NCBI GenBank assembly: GCA_910584665.1
Contig: CAJUBL010000005.1
Coordinates: 866-64,865, forward strand
Direction of reading: 5' to 3'
Source: an uncultured Muribaculaceae bacterium
Lineage (GTDB): Bacteria; Bacteroidota; Bacteroidia; Bacteroidales; Muribaculaceae
DNA: 64,000 nucleotides
Positions within the stretch are counted from its first letter, which is position 1; the number at the start of each line of letters is the position of its first letter. Below the pieces are notes generated by a model. The model searched no databases, was not told where the DNA came from, and saw only the letters and a list, made by a program, of their open reading frames with translations. Both the position numbers and the translations under genes were made by a program. Shown here piece after piece: positions 51,501-58,825 of the stretch.

Positions 51501-52069
51501 TTCGATGGATTAAACAATAGCCGGTTATTATATGCGAAATCATCATACAGGCTATCTACATGATGAAGCTGTGGCTGATCGATGCCTCGTTTGTTGAGGG
51601 CTGTCAACCATTCCTCTCTCGTTTCATGCCATTCAACAGAGTCAGTCGGCACATCAATTATAACAAAGCGCCGTATTTCCCAACCGTCATATTTATGACT
51701 TGGCATCTCCTTTAATGGAGTGAGATTTTCTGTATAATAAAGATATATTACAGAATCCTGCAATCCAACGCTCTCTACTGAACGCCGGACCGTGACGAGT
51801 GAAAATCCACCGAACTCATCTTTGTTATCGCGACGGATGCAGTCCCACACTTTCCCATCATCACCCCATAGTGTAGAACATAATTCATACGGTGCAATCA
51901 ATGGCACACGGTAATAATCCCATGCGCCCGGATCAGAATAAAAGTCGGTGCGGAAAGTGGCATTAATTTCCTCTTTAATACGCTCCTTAACAGTTTCGTA
52001 TTTAGACTTTATTCTTGAACAACCGCACATCAGTACAATAGAAATGCAAAAAAACAAAGTTATTCTCAT
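51497..52069 (-). CDS. hypothetical lipoprotein (ectodomain related to 48678..49319)
   Basis: The ATG at 52069 (MRITLFFCISIVLMCGCS) gives a lipoprotein-like signal. Motifs WDYYRVPLIAPYEL, VGLQDSVIY and RFVIIDVPTDSVEW. Confidence 0.55.
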   Translation of the reverse strand: MRITLFFCISIVLMCGCSRIKSKYETVKERIKEEINATFRTDFYSDPGAWDYYRVPLIAPYELCSTLWGDDGKVWDCIRRDNKDEFGGFSLVTVRRSVESVGLQDSVIYLYYTENLTPLKEMPSHKYDGWEIRRFVIIDVPTDSVEWHETREEWLTALNKRGIDQPQLHHVDSLYDDFAYNNRLLFNPSK

Positions 52070-52242
52070 CGCTTGCCTCCTTTCCGATTTATCAGCCAAA
52101 GTAATCCGCCCCAGAACAACACATTGCCGCCCACAAGCAGAATGTTGGCAGTTCTGCCCGGAGAATCGAAACAGAATATAGTGCTGAACAAGAATAGAAA
52201 GACTATGACAGCCGATGCTATTGCTTTACCGAGCTGTTCCAT
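52066..52242 (-). CDS. small two-TM membrane protein (58 aa, below the ORF-track cutoff)
   Basis: Hand translation: MEQLGKAIASAVIVFLFLFSTIFCFDSPGRTANILLVGGNVLFWGGLLWLINRKGGKR. The ATG lies 2 nt after the upstream stop, and its own stop overlaps the next ATG (ATGA). Confidence 0.45.
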   Translation of the reverse strand: MEQLGKAIASAVIVFLFLFSTIFCFDSPGRTANILLVGGNVLFWGGLLWLINRKGGKR

Positions 52243-52244
52243 GC

Positions 52245-53180
52245 CTATTTCTTTTTGTGTTTGAACTTGATGGTTTTCCTGGCGTTACGCTTGGGATATT
52301 TGACCTTGATTATTACCGGATCATCATAGCTCTCGGCTGTAATACGGAGGGTAGCTTCTTTCAGCGGCTTTCCTGTATCGTCATCTTTTAGACCGATGCA
52401 ATAGTCCCAAGGGATTGAACATGGGTGTTTATCACCATAATAGTCAGGGTAGATGTAATATGAATCTTCCTCTCCATTCTCGTCAATCCAGATCCGTTCA
52501 ACATCAAAACTATCCAAGTCAATACGATTCCCATTTTCATCAAAGACATTCAGATCGAGATAATGCTCCTGTTTTTTGTTTTCAACCACTACCACATCAT
52601 CAGTTAAACCCATCACGGCAGGATCAAGTGTGATTTCAACATTATTCATATCTTCCGTCACAACTATAATCTTCGATTCAAAACCGACATATTTCACTTC
52701 CAGTGTATCACCTATACAGACCGGCAAACCGAATTTTCCGTCTAAATCGGCAGTCGCGCCCAAACCTATTCGCTGATTGAAAATTGTCGCTCCTATCAAT
52801 GGTTCTTTAACGACAGTACCATCCGGTAATGTATCTGCACTCAATACAGTTCCTTTCAGCTTGATTGTATCGGTCATGGCAGGAATGGCGCCTTTCATGA
52901 AAACTTTTGATTCATCAGATAACTGTGCACCTGATGTCATCGGCGACAACAATGTAAGAGCACCGGCCGAGATTCCGGCGAGTATAACGGCTTTACCCAT
53001 GCGCTGACGGGAGCGAAGCTGCTGCTCAAGGTAGCGCACTTCGGCCTCGCATTTTGGGCATGTGCCGAGGCAGTCGCCCTTGTAACGACACTCCGAAGTT
53101 ACATACTCGATGTCATTCGCCTCAGCTATCTGCCTACGGATTTCTTTCAATATTTTGCAGGTCTGCTTTCCTCGTGCCAT
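52245..53180 (-). CDS. Cys-rich N-terminal domain / single TM / CarboxypepD_reg-like domain protein
   Basis: 311 aa. The N-terminal ~60 aa carry C31-x5-C37-x3-C41-x2-C44 (SECRYKGDCLGTCPKCE). TM (AVILAGISAGALTLL). LKGTVLS...IGATIFNQRIGLGATADLDGKFGL...VKYVGFE is a carboxypeptidase-regulatory-like fold. Lys-rich C-terminus. Confidence 0.7.
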   Translation of the reverse strand: MARGKQTCKILKEIRRQIAEANDIEYVTSECRYKGDCLGTCPKCEAEVRYLEQQLRSRQRMGKAVILAGISAGALTLLSPMTSGAQLSDESKVFMKGAIPAMTDTIKLKGTVLSADTLPDGTVVKEPLIGATIFNQRIGLGATADLDGKFGLPVCIGDTLEVKYVGFESKIIVVTEDMNNVEITLDPAVMGLTDDVVVVENKKQEHYLDLNVFDENGNRIDLDSFDVERIWIDENGEEDSYYIYPDYYGDKHPCSIPWDYCIGLKDDDTGKPLKEATLRITAESYDDPVIIKVKYPKRNARKTIKFKHKKK

Positions 53181-53182
53181 AG

Positions 53183-53806
53183 TCAGTGTTTTCGGATTTG
53201 ATAGGTGAATAAATCGAACCGGGTAAAGCCGAGAGCTTCAAGCGCAACACGGCTTGCCTCGCGGTCGGCATCAGTGTTGAACTCCGGTATCAGCGGTATG
53301 CGGATAACACAGTCATTCTGCCGCCCACTATCGGCTATCAGCCGGAGATTGGAGAGAACAAGGGAATTGTCTTGCCCGGTATAGGTGCGGTAAATCTCAG
53401 GATTCATGTCCTTGATGTCGATAATCAGTGTATTTACCACAGGGAGCAAGGATGCGATATTGTCTGCCGGGACATTGAGCGACGTTTCAAGATTTATCTG
53501 CCAGCCGTCACCGCACAGTTCGCGGAAGCATCGGATAAAACCGGGACGCAGGCACGGCTCACCGCCGCCGAATGTCACGCCGCCATTGGTGGCAAGGAAA
53601 TAAAGCTCGTCGATGCGGACTTCCCGATACAGCGATTCGGAAATATATTCCCTGAATCTGTCACCATCGCCGAGCGACTGGGGATTGAGGCAATACCGGC
53701 AACGTAGCGGGCATCCGTGAAAAGCCACAAGCGTAGTGACACCGTCGCCGTCGGTAGAAAGGCGATGACGCGCTATACCGATAATTCTTACAAGACTGTT
53801 TTCCAT
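53183..53806 (-). CDS. small radical SAM protein, glycyl-radical-enzyme-activase/NrdG-like
   Basis: The ATG at 53806 (MENSLVRIIG; the track ORF starts at a TTG at 53824) gives 207 aa. DGDGVTTLVAFHGCPLRCRYCLNP (CX3CX2C) and GGVTFGGGEP. No SPASM domain. Its stop lies 2 nt before the next ATG. Confidence 0.8.
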   Translation of the reverse strand: MENSLVRIIGIARHRLSTDGDGVTTLVAFHGCPLRCRYCLNPQSLGDGDRFREYISESLYREVRIDELYFLATNGGVTFGGGEPCLRPGFIRCFRELCGDGWQINLETSLNVPADNIASLLPVVNTLIIDIKDMNPEIYRTYTGQDNSLVLSNLRLIADSGRQNDCVIRIPLIPEFNTDADREASRVALEALGFTRFDLFTYQIRKH

Positions 53807-53874
53807 ACCGTGCCGATTTTCCAAGCCGTCATTCTACTTCATTATCCCATAGAGCCAAAGAATGGTTCACACTG

Positions 53875-53882
53875 CAAATTTA
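53875..53882 (-). promoter_or_regulatory. candidate Bacteroides-type -7 promoter box (TAAATTTG) for the island operon
   Basis: The reverse complement of caaattta matches TAnnTTTG, ~70 nt upstream of the ATG at 53806. No clear -33 TTTG was seen. Confidence 0.3.
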
Positions 53883-54038
53883 ACGAGAATAAATGACTTC
53901 AGATATGACATTTGTCACATTCTTACGGGATATGATGATTATAATTTAAAATATATACTGAGCCTTTTACACAGACTGTAATGTTAATAAATATTTATTG
54001 CTCTTTTGCTAAAATATAGTTGTCTGTATGCGGATAGG

Positions 54039-54428
54039 TTAAATGCAATCTGAATCTGTGCGGTTTTCACGATTGTATCGTTCTTCGTATTCAGTAATAA
54101 TTCGCTCAATATCCTTTTTAAGCTCCGGAATATGGCACATTACCAAATTCCACAGAAATGTCGGTTACACATTGTCGTAAGCGTGGATGATTCGGTTCCG
54201 TGTGTCAATTATGGCTCTCGCATTTGGAATTTCTACAGATGGGTCAGCTTTTTTTATTCGATTTATTGCCTCACCCATAATCTCTGTTTTGCGTTCAACT
54301 ACGCATTTACGCATAATGTCTTTCTCAAACAAATCATATCGGTTGGGAAAGTCAACAAAGCAACTCTGCATATCGTTGATTGCGTCCAACACATCCTGGA
54401 GATATGTAAGGATTCCCTCAGTAGCCAT
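54039..54428 (-). pseudogene. hepT: HepT (DUF86) RNase toxin interrupted by an in-frame TAA at 54165-54167
   Basis: The 87-aa ORF ends ...TRNRIIHAYDNV* (RX4HXY motif present). The same frame continues for 41 codons (PTFLWNLVMCHIPELKKDIERIITEYEE...) to a TAA at 54039-54041, restoring a ~129-aa DUF86-length protein. Confidence 0.8.
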
Positions 54429-54726
54429 AAATCATCTGTTTTGTACGGTTGACATTGGCAATGAAGTATTTGTTCCGAAGTCCTCCTTCTTCAATCAAAT
54501 CAACCTTTCTACCGAAAAGGCTCTCCAATGCGTCACGAAAATCGAAGTAATTTGTAACATAATCCCACTTCTCATGGTCTGCGGTATCGAAGTCCACAAG
54601 TAAGTCCACATCGCTTTGGTCGTTGAATCTATCTGTAAGGATAGAGCCAAAGACAGCCAGAGTCTTGACCTTGTGCTTTCGGCAAAGGTCAATGATTCGT
54701 TGTAGATTCAGTTCAATCAACTTCAT
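54418..54726 (-). CDS. mntA: MntA-type nucleotidyltransferase antitoxin
   Basis: 102 aa. LAVFGSILTDRFNDQSDVDLLVDF (GS...DxD minimal nucleotidyltransferase motif). Overlaps the hepT start by 11 nt. Confidence 0.85.
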   Translation of the reverse strand: MKLIELNLQRIIDLCRKHKVKTLAVFGSILTDRFNDQSDVDLLVDFDTADHEKWDYVTNYFDFRDALESLFGRKVDLIEEGGLRNKYFIANVNRTKQMIYGY

Positions 54727-54746
54727 AGACTGTTGTGTTACACGTG

Positions 54747-54754
54747 CAAATATA
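54747..54754 (-). promoter_or_regulatory. candidate Bacteroides-type -7 promoter box (TATATTTG) for mntA-hepT
   Basis: The reverse complement of caaatata matches TAnnTTTG, ~21 nt upstream of the mntA ATG. No -33 element was seen. Confidence 0.3.
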
Positions 54755-54937
54755 GCGAATCTTTCTGATATATAAACGCTCTCCCACTAAAATCGTTGAA
54801 CCATCCCACGGCTTTTTCATTTAAGATCTGATTACCCTTTCCCAAAAATATTGATATTTTATAGCAATTATACTGTTGGCGACGTGCACATTCAATGTCG
54901 GATTTATCAGCAATGGGATTAATCAACACAGGATGGT

Positions 54938-54989
54938 GAAAATCGTGGAGGGTGCACCGTAAAGCCAACGATACACCCTCCACGATTTC
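54938..54989 (-). terminator. hairpin downstream of rsmD at the right island edge
   Basis: gaaaatcgtggagggtg (54938-54954) pairs with caccctccacgatttc (54974-54989): a 16-bp stem with a 19-nt loop, starting 22 nt after the rsmD stop on the minus strand. Confidence 0.5.
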
Positions 54990-55010
54990 AATTGGGGTTA
55001 TATAATCATG

Positions 55011-55556
55011 TCACTTCTCCATATCGAAGATGCTGAAGTTCACACTACCGTAGACACGATGTTCCAGAAAGTGGGGAAGCGATGAGAAATCGTATTTACG
55101 GCTATGCTCCATAATGAAAAGAGACGTCGGCTTCACAACCTTTGATTCAAGGATGGCCATCGGGATATCACCAAAGTCGGGCAAGTCATATGGAGGGTCA
55201 GCAAAAACTATGTCATAACCTGTCGTTGCGGTCCTGATGTATTGCATTACATCACCTTTCACAAGCCGCAGACGGTCGTTGGCGTTAAGCTCAGCCGCTA
55301 CTTTGCGTATGAAATTATATTGAGTCGATGCCTTCTCGACGGCAGTCACCATGCTGCATCCGCGCGACAGGAACTCAAAGGTGACAGCTCCCGTGCCGGC
55401 AAAAAGATCAAGTGCCGTAGGCTCGCTGTCGAGATCAAAAAGATTCTCGATGACATTGAAAATGTTTTCACGTGCAAAATCAGTTGTCGGACGCGCGGTG
55501 ATGTTGGTAGGAACATCAAATCTACGTCGGCCGTATTTTCCTCTTATTATTCGCAT
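55011..55556 (-). CDS. rsmD: 16S rRNA (guanine966-N2)-methyltransferase
   Basis: 181 aa. RPTTDFARENIFN, DLFAGTGAVTFEFLSRG, FADPPY. Confidence 0.9.
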   Translation of the reverse strand: MRIIRGKYGRRRFDVPTNITARPTTDFARENIFNVIENLFDLDSEPTALDLFAGTGAVTFEFLSRGCSMVTAVEKASTQYNFIRKVAAELNANDRLRLVKGDVMQYIRTATTGYDIVFADPPYDLPDFGDIPMAILESKVVKPTSLFIMEHSRKYDFSSLPHFLEHRVYGSVNFSIFDMEK

Positions 55557-56380
55557 AGCGGTAATACTATCAGATCAGTCGGGGCATTCATGGCTGTGGC
55601 ACCACCTGCACGGAACATTGCGGCCGGGAATATCGCCGGCATCACCGTAGGCAGATATTCACGCAACAGAGGAGTGAGCGAATCACGTACCTCGCGGTCA
55701 CCGCTCAATACCACGGGCGCCTTACGGTCAATATCCATAGCCGAGCGCGTAGCCATTATATAATAGAGTGCATCGGCAGGCTCTATCCATTCATAGGTAT
55801 TTGCCAGCAACAGTCTGTCGCTCTGATATAGTACGATATCGAGCGATCCACGACGCAGGTTGACATGACTGGTGAGCGATCCGGCTCCTCGATGTGTGCC
55901 GTGACAATAGCGCGTGAATCCCGACAGACGATGTATGAAACGAGCCCCGTTGAACGTTCGGGTTATAAAGTTATACAATTCGGTATCTATGAGATGACAA
56001 ACCGATGCGTCAAGCAACGGCAACTCATCAATGATCAGTGCTTTGCCACATACCCCTGTCATCTCGTCCACAATATCGGCGACCAGATCCCTGTTCAGAG
56101 TCAGTTCGGTAGGCATTATTGCGAACAAGCCGCTACGCGAGACTATAGTGACTCGATTAAAATCATTAAGCAGTAACGGATTGTCATATACCGCCTCTTC
56201 AAAAGCCCCGACTGTATCCGTAGCATCCGGATCAACAGGTATCGATGAGACTACAAGTGAATGGTCCTCAATAGGACAATAAGCCATAACCTCGACACAA
56301 TCAGTATCGGGGGCTATATACAGATTCCACAGTCTGGAATCATGTATCATGTCTTTATATAATCGCTGATAGGACGTCAT
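55547..56380 (-). CDS. DUF3822-like protein
   Basis: 277 aa. By my recollection of Bacteroidota synteny, its position immediately upstream of and overlapping rsmD is typical of DUF3822. Confidence 0.5.
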   Translation of the reverse strand: MTSYQRLYKDMIHDSRLWNLYIAPDTDCVEVMAYCPIEDHSLVVSSIPVDPDATDTVGAFEEAVYDNPLLLNDFNRVTIVSRSGLFAIMPTELTLNRDLVADIVDEMTGVCGKALIIDELPLLDASVCHLIDTELYNFITRTFNGARFIHRLSGFTRYCHGTHRGAGSLTSHVNLRRGSLDIVLYQSDRLLLANTYEWIEPADALYYIMATRSAMDIDRKAPVVLSGDREVRDSLTPLLREYLPTVMPAIFPAAMFRAGGATAMNAPTDLIVLPLCE

Positions 56381-56398
56381 CGGAATAGGTCGGAATGG

Positions 56399-58477
56399 TT
56401 AGAAACTGCGGCGCTGCATACCGCCGGCACCCTGACGGCCCTGACGACCCGAGCGGTTGTCAAACGGATTACGGTTGTCATAACCAGGCCGCCCCATGTC
56501 GTTACCGTATCCGTTGCCATAGCTGCCATACCCGTCACCATAGCCGTCTTCTTCCTCGTCATCGTATTCATCCGTGTCCCGAGGGTTCTTCTCCTTTGTC
56601 TTAGGCTTGTTCTTCTTGATAGCGTAGGGTTTCTGCATGTCTACAGCCAGTTCGTTCAGATCCCAGTCATTTGTCACATCCCAGTTTTTCTTCAGATTGA
56701 TCTTCCTCGGATAGTAATATACATCCTCGGGCTGTATTCTGGCTTTAAGGTCACCGGTAGTCCACTTGCCGTCACCGTTGGCATCGACATATGCACGTGC
56801 ATAATAAGTACCGGCCTGCAGAAATTCGATACGGGCCTTGCCACCGACAGCCTCAACTGTACGTATCGGAACATCGGAAGAGTTAAGAACCTCAACCATA
56901 ATGCGGGCAGAATCAGGAATGCCTTTAAGATTAAAAATCAATGTCGAATAATCCTCGGCAGGACGTACCGAGATATCCTGTGATACAGGCTTGTTAAACA
57001 GTCCGCATACAGTGTGGACCGTAGCAGAATCGACAGACAGCCTATACTTGCCGCCGGCTTCCCACGGATATTCCATACGGTACTCCATGATGCGTCCGGT
57101 GCTGTCCGGTATGAGCCGTGGAGTCGGTAGAGGTTCCCACACTGTGTCTTTCTGCACCTCCAGATGCCATGCATCGGGATCATAGTGGTCCAGAGGCTGT
57201 CCCATGGTAATGAACAGCGGCAGATTGACCTCCTGTGTTCCTGACCCTATTTTGATATCCATGAAAGTAATCGGTGGCGGAAGTGTATCGGCATCATTCT
57301 CGGCATCTTTCTTTTTTTTCTTCTTCTCGGGCTTTGGTTTCTGAGACGCCTTCAGAAAAAATTTCAGCGTATCGGTTGTCCAGGACAACCGGTCGAGAGT
57401 ATCCGTACGCTGGTAGCGTGCTGCTATAAGCAACGAGTCCTGTGACACGACAGCAGGATCTATAATCCAGTAGTCAAGACTATCGAGAGCAACCGAATGG
57501 TTGAGCACCGATACTCCGACAGAATCTATACGCTTTCCGGCATTCGGACCATTGACGATGGTCAGTTCCGGGAGCGAATCGGCAGGTGCGGCAAAATTTA
57601 TTGATATTCGGTTTGAATCGGCACGACTGTAATCCTTAAGATATTGTGCGATATAGTTTTCGTTAAACCACGTGAGCAGAATGTCGTTAGGCAGATAGCG
57701 TACACCGGGCCTTGTCACGATGGAATCCGTTCCCTCTGACGACCGCAGTGTATCGGTAACCACTATATCTTCCACCGCCGGAGTCACTGTCGTGGAGTAA
57801 AACGCGACATCTTCCGAACGATCCCAATGATAGTCCCGATTCATATCATTGATAGCAAAAATATTATATGTCCCTGCCTTGAGATTGCGCACAGTAAACT
57901 GTCCGAGCTGATTTGTCTTGGCTATACGCAACATAGGGAGAGTCGATACCGCCGAATCCTCAAGATTGCTGTATACCCCTACAAGCATACCCTGAGCAGG
58001 CTCGAGATTGGAAGCCTGCAGTACCATACCGGAGATACGCAGAGTGTCTATAGTATCGCCTGTGGCAAAGTCCAGCGCAAAACCATCAAGAATGTTACCT
58101 TCGTTAAGATCACGTATGGCATCACTGAAATCGATTGTATAGGTGGTATTAGAAATCAGCGTATCCCGTATCTCTACCGAGAGTTTCCTGCCGTTGGAAC
58201 TTATCACAGGCATCTGCTTCTGGGCTGGAGATACCACTACTTTGTTCATGATATCCTCGAGCTTGATATTCTCATCGAACACAGCCTCGATCTTTGTTCC
58301 GGAGAAACCGGTAGCACCCGGAGCAGGATTGCTACGTATATATACAGGAGGTGTCTCATCGCGCGGACCGCCCTCAGGCCTGCCGATACTGGCACACGAA
58401 CAGACGAGAACCACCACACCCACCACAGGGAGCAGCATTCCCATACCCTTGAGAGTATAGCGTGCACCGGTTTTCAT
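56399..58477 (-). CDS. Ig-like-domain lipoprotein with disordered Gly/Tyr/acidic C-terminal tail
   Basis: 692 aa. Lipobox-like VLVCSC and an SbsA-Ig-like N-terminal region. Internal KPKPEKKKKKKD. Tail DEYDDEEEDGYGDGYGSYGNGYGNDMGRPGYDNRNPFDNRSGRQGRQGAGG. Confidence 0.65.
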   Translation of the reverse strand: MKTGARYTLKGMGMLLPVVGVVVLVCSCASIGRPEGGPRDETPPVYIRSNPAPGATGFSGTKIEAVFDENIKLEDIMNKVVVSPAQKQMPVISSNGRKLSVEIRDTLISNTTYTIDFSDAIRDLNEGNILDGFALDFATGDTIDTLRISGMVLQASNLEPAQGMLVGVYSNLEDSAVSTLPMLRIAKTNQLGQFTVRNLKAGTYNIFAINDMNRDYHWDRSEDVAFYSTTVTPAVEDIVVTDTLRSSEGTDSIVTRPGVRYLPNDILLTWFNENYIAQYLKDYSRADSNRISINFAAPADSLPELTIVNGPNAGKRIDSVGVSVLNHSVALDSLDYWIIDPAVVSQDSLLIAARYQRTDTLDRLSWTTDTLKFFLKASQKPKPEKKKKKKDAENDADTLPPPITFMDIKIGSGTQEVNLPLFITMGQPLDHYDPDAWHLEVQKDTVWEPLPTPRLIPDSTGRIMEYRMEYPWEAGGKYRLSVDSATVHTVCGLFNKPVSQDISVRPAEDYSTLIFNLKGIPDSARIMVEVLNSSDVPIRTVEAVGGKARIEFLQAGTYYARAYVDANGDGKWTTGDLKARIQPEDVYYYPRKINLKKNWDVTNDWDLNELAVDMQKPYAIKKNKPKTKEKNPRDTDEYDDEEEDGYGDGYGSYGNGYGNDMGRPGYDNRNPFDNRSGRQGRQGAGGMQRRSF

Positions 58478-58536
58478 TACGATATCATCTTAAAAATCTC
58501 AAGTTCCAGCAGAAAGCTGAAACTTGAAAAAACGTG

Positions 58537-58608
58537 TACCCCGGAGCAGAATCGAACTGCTATCTAAAGTTTAGGAAACTTCTATTCTATCCGTTGAACT
58601 ACCAGGGC
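58537..58608 (-). tRNA. tRNA-Arg (anticodon CCT)
   Basis: Hand-folded 72-nt cloverleaf: GCCCTGG TA GTTC AACGGATA GAAT A GAAGT TTCCTAA ACTTT AGAT AGCAG TTCGATT CTGCT CCGGGGT A. The acceptor stem has two G-U pairs. No encoded CCA. Confidence 0.75.
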
Positions 58609-58825
58609 ATCGGTATCGGGGTACAAAGATAGATGAAAAAACTTAATCGAGCAATATACCGGTCGATTTTTTATCCGATGTTTTTATCTGACTTTGCGAC
58701 CGGAGGTTTTCCGAAAGCTCTTACCGGCAATCAATACAGCATCTTTTTCAAATTATCTCCCGACGTAAAAAACTTTTCGCATTCTGCCGGTGTAAAACTC
58801 ACCGTTTTTATATACATTTGCAGGT

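Larger units (their letters stand above)
46444..54937 (-). other. AT-rich accessory island (12-gene operon plus MntA/HepT module)
   Basis: Spot counts of G+C give 23/60 for the lines at 49321 and 50521, against 34/60 for the line at 45001. All genes are on the minus strand and none is recognisably housekeeping. The flanking genes are core genes. Confidence 0.7.

Noticed and set aside
53183-53824. The radical SAM gene as a prokaryotic viperin, or as a RiPP maturase of the GG-Bacteroidales/SPASM type.
   Set aside because: At ~207 aa it is too short for either. It lacks a SPASM or twitch Cys cluster and the viperin C-terminal extension, and its N-terminal DGxG...CX3CX2C context is activase-like. 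No small precursor-peptide ORF lies next to it.
53986-53999. A perfect 14-bp palindrome aataaatatttatt upstream of the island operon, considered as an operator.
   Set aside because: It lies ~180 nt from the start codon in a very AT-rich spacer, where such palindromes arise easily by chance. No second copy was seen.
46521-54428. TAA stop-codon reassignment or recoding in the island, suggested by two in-frame TAAs followed by open frames.
   Set aside because: Other island genes end at TAA with sensible lengths and immediate downstream starts. For example, the 79-aa gene stops at 47572-47574 and the DUF4304-like gene at 50772-50774. Flanking core genes also use TAA normally. A nonsense mutation plus a chance or remnant ORF is the simpler explanation.
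54738-54983. An 81-aa minus-strand ORF in the spacer between rsmD and mntA.
   Set aside because: It would include the rsmD-proximal hairpin and the candidate mntA promoter box. It matches no family and has a poor start context.
57827-58567. A 246-aa plus-strand ORF antisense to the Ig-like lipoprotein gene, running into the tRNA-Arg.
   Set aside because: It overlaps a tRNA and a supported CDS, and its translation is His/Arg/Ile-rich noise.
58537-58608. tRNA-Arg as an integration site for the island.
   Set aside because: The tRNA lies ~3.5 kb beyond the island edge, with core genes (rsmD, DUF3822, Ig-like) in between. No integrase and no duplicated tRNA 3' end were seen.
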